A stretch of DNA of 63,720 nucleotides, counting the filler, from Thraustochytrium aureum (Eukaryota), in the NCBI GenBank assembly GCA_012862495.1. It is 3 parts of 2 records of this genome, joined end to end, with 100 filler letters (N's around TTAATTAATTAA, not from the genome) between each part and the next. Parts side by side here need not be neighbours in the genome. Positions count along the whole stretch, not along the records: positions 46,100 to 63,720 come from BLSG01000107.1; 2 more parts are not named here. The stretch is one strand, 5' to 3'. The position numbers and the translations under genes were made by a program. The notes beneath the pieces are model-generated. The model worked only from the letters and a program-made list of their open reading frames with translations, made no database searches and was not told the DNA's origin. Each line of letters opens with the position of its first letter. Position 1 is the first letter of the stretch. This document shows positions 58,518 through 63,720 of this stretch, in pieces.

Positions 58518-59098
58518 TCTCCCCCGCAGCAAACCACCCGCCCCAAAAAATACCNNNNNNNNNNNNNNNNNNNNNNNNNNNNNNNNNNNNNNNNNNNNNN
58601 NNNNNNNNNNNNNNNNNNNNNNNNNNNNNNNNNNNNNNNNNNNNNNNNNNNNNNNNNNNNNNNNNNNNNNNNNNNNNNNNNNNNNNNNNNNNNNNNNNNN
58701 NNNNNNNNNNNNNNNNNNNNNNNNNNNNNNNNNNNNNNNNNNNNNNNNNNNNNNNNNNNNNNNNNNNNNNNNNNNNNNNNNNNNNNNNNNNNNNNNNNNN
58801 NNNNNNNNNNNNNNNNNNNNNNNNNNNNNNNNNNNNNNNNNNNNNNNNNNNNNNNNNNNNNNNNNNNNNNNNNNNNNNNNNNNNNNNNNNNNNNNNNNNN
58901 NNNNNNNNNNNNNNNNNNNNNNNNNNNNNNNNNNNNNNNNNNNNNNNNNNNNNNNNNNNNNNNNNNNNNNNNNNNNNNNNNNNNNNNNNNNNNNNNNNNN
59001 NNNNNNNNNNNNNNNNNNNNNNNNNNNNNNNNNNNNNNNNNNNNNNNNNNNNNNNNNNNNNNNNNNNNNNNNNNNNNNNNNNNNNNNNNNNNNNNNNN

Positions 59099-60314
59099 CT
59101 TGCTCAAGGTGCGGTTTGGGGACTCGAGCTTCTTGTGGATCAATATTGCGCTGTTCGCGCCGCTGCTGCCGGTCTCGGCGCTGTCGTCGTACTTTGGGTT
59201 TAGCCACAAGTTTCGCGCGAGCGCCTCGGTCACACGCTGCCTCGACAGCGCCTGGACGGTAGTCGGCGCGTACGTGCTGAGCGCCGCGGCCGTTGCGCTC
59301 GTCCCGGCCGCGCTAGGGAGCCTATGGCTGGTGCTGGCCCTCGCCGCCGCGATCGGCGCGATCGGCGCGTTCCAGTTCAGCGCAGTGTTCATGATCGTCA
59401 TGCAGCTGCCCTCGGGCGGGTGGTTTGAGATGGCCCTTTCGTTCGGGTTTCAGGCATCGTGCTTCGCAGTGCTTGTCGCCAAGCAGGCGACGGGGTTTTC
59501 CCCCATTTCGGACGACGCCGTCGCGCGGCGCTACTTTGAGCTGTGCGCGCTGATGATGCTTGCCACTTCGGTGGCGGTGTATGCCTTTTGCGCTAGCTTT
59601 GATGGCGCAGACGTGCCCGGCGACGCTGCGCACGACGCGCCGAGGCACAGGGGTGCCTATACGCGTGTGCAAACCATCCAGGAGGAGGGAGGGGCAGAAT
59701 CTGCCGGAGGGCGCGAATTCGGTGCCGCAGAGCTTGAACACGAGTGTAGTGAGGCCGCGCCAATGCAGAGCTTTGTTGAAAAGCCAGCGACTTGGGGTGA
59801 GCTGTTCGGCGAGGTGCGCGCACTCGCACTGACGCTGTTTGTGACCATGTACGGGTCGATGCTCTTGTTCCCCTTCTATTCGTTTGTGAGGGCTTCGGCT
59901 GAGGACGAGAAGAGCCAAGCCGACTACGCGGTTGCGCTGTTTTACGTGAAGACCGCCTCAGACGCGTTGGCGCGGCCGGTTACCGTTTTGACGCATATGA
60001 TCGCGGACCCCGGCGTGCTCTGTGCACTCGCTGTGGCAAGGCTGGTGGTTTTCGTGCCAATTTTCTTTGTCTACACGTTCAGTCCTGTGCTGATTCCGCG
60101 GCAGGACAAGCTCTTTGCTGGGTTCATCGCCGTCTTCTCGGCCTCGAGCGGGCTTTTCATCACCTACGCGTACCAGCTGGCGCCGACGCGGGGAAAGAGC
60201 CCGCTGAACGCCAAACGGGTCTCGATCATACTAAACTCCTTTTTCCAGCTTGGTGGCGTGGCGGCGCTCGCCACGGGTGTCGTCGTGCACGAGCTGCTCT
60301 TTGTTTCCAAGTAG
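59099..60314 (+). CDS. Equilibrative nucleoside transporter (ENT/SLC29)-like; 5' end in gap
   Basis: About 10 visible TM helices with a central hydrophilic loop; motifs SDALAR, ARLVVFVPIFF and FSASSG. Confidence 0.75.
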
Positions 60315-61818
60315 GCCAAGTGCTGGTGCCAGTGGGTCGCGTTGATGAAAATGACTGATTCTGACAACGGCTGGAAAGGCGAGGAAGAAACGAAACGGCA
60401 AGAAATCAACGGCGCTCCCTTCGAAACGAAACCGCGAGCTGAGGAGGACCCTGACCTGAGAGAGCTCCAATCTGGAGGTGACGTCAAAGGAAAGTACTTG
60501 TCTTTCGCTAGAGTTTTCGAGGTATTGCACCCCCAGATGTAACGCCGCAGCTCGACCAGTCGATCGAACTGCGCGGCGTTTTGCACGTCAAAGCGCGAGT
60601 GCAGAGATGAAACCGCCCGTCCCCCGTCCGAGCAAACCACACGCAACCGCGACGGCCGTCGAGAGCGAGGACCCAACTGCTACAATGTACCTGGTAGAGT
60701 AGAGTGGGTAGCACTTGGGGATTGAGCAAGCAAATGCATTCATTGTCATTGACCTCCCTTCCCCGTTGTCTCCTGGTCCCTCTTTCGAACGGACAGATTG
60801 AGATTTTCCAGCGAACAGGGGAAAAATCGCAAGGTTTTGCAATCGACTCTTCTGACCGACTCGCTTGTTGGTTGCGCAGTTGTGGTCCACTTCACGCACT
60901 GACTGACGCACGCTCGCATGCATCTCCGCCTCGGCCGCCTCGCTCGGCTTGCACCTGCGCCAGCTCTGGCGCGCGTGATGCGGTCGACCGTCCGCCAAAG
61001 TGCGACGCGGCGTAGAATTGGGTCTTCGAGCTCGCTCAAACGCTTCCAACTATGGTTGGTTGACGCGCAGCGTGCTCGAATTAGGTAGGAGGGAGTTGCG
61101 CGACGCCTGAGCGTTTCGGCCTTGGTGACTCTGGCGCAGATGCAGTTCGAGCACGACAACATTGCGCCGAAAAAAAACGAGGGCCTCCTCCGCCGACAGA
61201 GTCTGCGCCTGCTCTGCCCGCACAAACCATCGCTGCATCCAGGGACGCTGGCGGCAGCCGCGAGCAGCAATCGCGTGGTTCATTCAACACGTGCCCCAAC
61301 CGGGAGCAGAGGCGATGGTGTGTGTGTTTGGCCTCCCTACTCACACCAGAACACGGTATAGGTACTCTACGGATGGCCCAGGGACACGGAGGGAGTGCCG
61401 CCAGCCCACTGCATACTCACCTACTATCCGCCTTGGCTACTATGTTCTTGGGCCAAGCGAGCGCGTGTTGCTGGTGAGAGAGCGGTGGTCTGTTTTGGTG
61501 CGGGTGGGCGTAAAGATAGCCGTGCCTCGACCGCTTTGAAAGGTGAATCGGATGGCGTGGATGCATGCCATGGATGCGATGCCAATCACGACCAGACGCC
61601 AAACTCGCCCAGACTCGCCGCGCGAGGAGACTGTCATCAGACACGCCGGCTTGCCGACGGCCATAGCGGCTTGCTTGCAGGCGTCGACGAAAACGAGGCT
61701 CGCCGGCTTGCTCGCGGTCTTCACGCCCGACCACACACCACCTCGCTGAGGCCAAGGGCCGTCGATCTGGGCCTCGAGGTGGCGCCAACCCAGCTTTTCG
61801 AGCCTCAGGCCGCTGGAG

Positions 61819-63421
61819 ATGGCGGGCACAGGAAGGAGACGTAAGCCGACAGTGCTTACTGCAATATGGGTTGCCGTATTGACTGTCGCGCCCCCGCCCA
61901 TGTCGTCGGGCTGGACGACGGCAATGGGCTGCGGCCCATGATGGGTTGGAACTCGTACAATGCTTTCCTGCGCCACTACAGCGAGGACGACCTCAAGGCC
62001 AACGNNNNNNNNNNNNNNNNNNNNNNNNNNNNNNNNNNNNNNNNNNNNNNNNNNNNNNNNNNNNNNNNNNNNNNNNNNNNNNNNNNNNNNNNNNNNNNNN
62101 NNNNNNNNNNNNNNNNNNNNNNNNNNNNNNNNNNNNNNNNNNNNNNNNNNNNNNNNNNNNNNNNNNNNNNNNNNNNNNNNNNNNNNNNNNNNNNNNNNNN
62201 NNNNNNNNNNNNNNNNNNNNNNNNNNNNNNNNNNNNNNNNNNNNNNNNNNNNNNNNNNNNNNNNNNNNNNNNNNNNNNNNNNNNNNNNNNNNNNNNNNNN
62301 NNNNNNNNNNNNNNNNNNNNNNNNNNNNNNNNNNNNNNNNNNNNNNNNNNNNNNNNNNNNNNNNNNNNNNNNNNNNNNNNNNNNNNNNNNNNNNNNNNNN
62401 NNNNNNNNNNNNNNNNNNNNNNNNNNNNNNNNNNNNNNNNNNNNNNNNNNNNNNNNNNNNNNNNNNNNNNNNNNNNNNNNNNNNNNNNNNNNNNNNNNNN
62501 NNNNNNNNNNNNNNNNNNNNNNNNNNNNNNNNNNNNNNNNNNNNNNNNNNNNNNNNNNNNNNNNNNNNNNNNNNNNNNNNNNNNNNNNNNNNNNNNNNNN
62601 NNNNNNNNNNNNNNNNNNNNNNNNNNNNNNNNNNNNNNNNNNNNNNNNNNNNNNNNNNNNNNNNNNNNNNNNNNNNNNNNNNNNNNNNNNNNNNNNNNNN
62701 NNNNNNNNNNNNNNNNNNNNNNNNNNNNNNNNNNNNNNNNNNNNNNNNNNNNNNNNNNNNNNNNNNNNNNNNNNNNNNNNNNNNNNNNNNNNNNNNNNNN
62801 NNNNNNNNNNNNNNNNNNNNNNNNNNNCGGCTTTTGCGCGAGGAGAAGAATGGCATGCAGGTCTGGGCCAAGCGGCTTCCCAAAGCGCAGGTGGCCTTAC
62901 TTGTCCTGAACGCGTTTAACAACAAGAACGCGCCTGTCTCGTTCAGTCTTACGGACGGGGCAACAGAGTACCGTGAGCTTCTCTCGCACCTCCTTCCGGC
63001 GGGGCTTGGCCGTTTCGATAAGCTCAAGTGCACTGTGGAGGACGTCTGGACGGGTGACACTAGGTCCTCGGACGGCTCCTTCGCGTACGACCTTGGCGTC
63101 CACGAAGGTGCGTTTTCGACGATTAAGAACTGCGTGGCCATCTCGCCATCGCCCACGAACGCGCCAGTGGAAGCGCCGCGCCCGCCGCCGCCGCTTCCGC
63201 CCCTTCCGGAGGAAGTGAGCTGCGAGAACTTTTACGAAAGGTGTATCGACTGGACTAGCAAGAGCGCATGCCAAAGGAACCGCTTCCGCAAATCGGTCTG
63301 CTCGTGGTGCGCGGGAGACCGGTCGTGCCGACCCAAGCACGAGAAAACCTGCTCCGACCCGGGCCTGTTCTCGCACTGCTTGGCTCGGCGCTTGTCCTCG
63401 GCCCACCCACCTGAGGCGTAG
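61819..63421 (+). CDS. Secreted GH27 alpha-galactosidase with Pro-rich linker and Cys-rich tail (catalytic core mostly in gap)
   Basis: Signal peptide from ATG 61819 (slip in the C-run at ~61892), LDDGNGLRPMMGWNSYN, and melibiase C-terminal motifs QVWAK.L...ALLVLN and EDVWTG. Confidence 0.8.
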
Positions 63422-63720
63422 CAAACTACTCGCCACTACTAGCTGCTCCAGGGGAGAGCTAGAGCGAGTAGAGCAGAGCTCTCAGAGCTCTCACTAACTC
63501 TAGCTAGGCTAGAGAGCCCTCTAGGCTAGAGCTCGAGCGCGCTATTTTGCGCCGCAGCGCGGGAACGCTGACGCCTGAAACGCCCCCGCTTCGCGCTGCG
63601 CAATCGCATGCACCACCACGTGCGCGCTGGCTCGGGTCAGCACAACCAGACCCAAGTGCTCGCCCCATCCATGTACTCTAACTGTCCTTCAACTTCAGAA
63701 GCCGGGCACACCGGCGGCAT

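Noticed and set aside
27326..60314. URC1 + CoA-transferase + ENT as a pyrimidine catabolic gene cluster
   Set aside because: They are about 30 kb apart and separated by two artificial scaffold joins.
60340..60500. C/D snoRNA (TGATGA...CTGA) or hammerhead ribozyme (CTGAGGA/GAAA)
   Set aside because: The box spacing is too short, and no terminal stem or hammerhead helices could be built by eye.
5515..61900. Pervasive frameshifts as programmed ribosomal frameshifting, RNA editing or mass pseudogenisation
   Set aside because: They go in both directions, share no slippery motif, sit almost always in homopolymer runs, sometimes compensate each other, and hit essential genes (IMP3, GRP94). This fits pyrosequencing-type indel errors.

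Overview
GC-rich, gene-dense, intron-poor eukaryotic nuclear DNA from a draft assembly. Gene content, GT-AG introns and mucin-like PT-repeat proteins suggest a heterotrophic stramenopile such as a thraustochytrid/labyrinthulomycete (inference only). The window is three separate scaffolds (1-30312, 30413-45999, 46100-63720) joined by artificial N44-TTAATTAATTAA-N44 linkers, with many internal N gaps. More than 15 frameshifts fall almost all in homopolymer runs, which points to pyrosequencing-type errors. About 22 protein genes are supportable, including MDP1 phosphatase, GH38 alpha-mannosidase, TVP15/COPI-associated-EF-hand fusion, a CmcJ/AsaB-type oxygenase, URC1-like GTP cyclohydrolase II, IMP3, GRP94 ending in KLEL, DUF445 (2 introns), LPCAT, a YdiF/Pct-type CoA-transferase, an ENT transporter and a GH27 alpha-galactosidase. 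The most unusual items are: a ~10.6-kb gene for a ~3,500-aa protein with tandem tetraspanin-like modules carrying a giant Cys-rich/mucin/hevein-like ectodomain; a cluster of YGTGAG motifs upstream of URC1; a palindrome-rich minisatellite in a divergent promoter; and CTAG clusters at gene 3' ends. No CRISPR array, rRNA, tRNA or recognisable transposase was seen.
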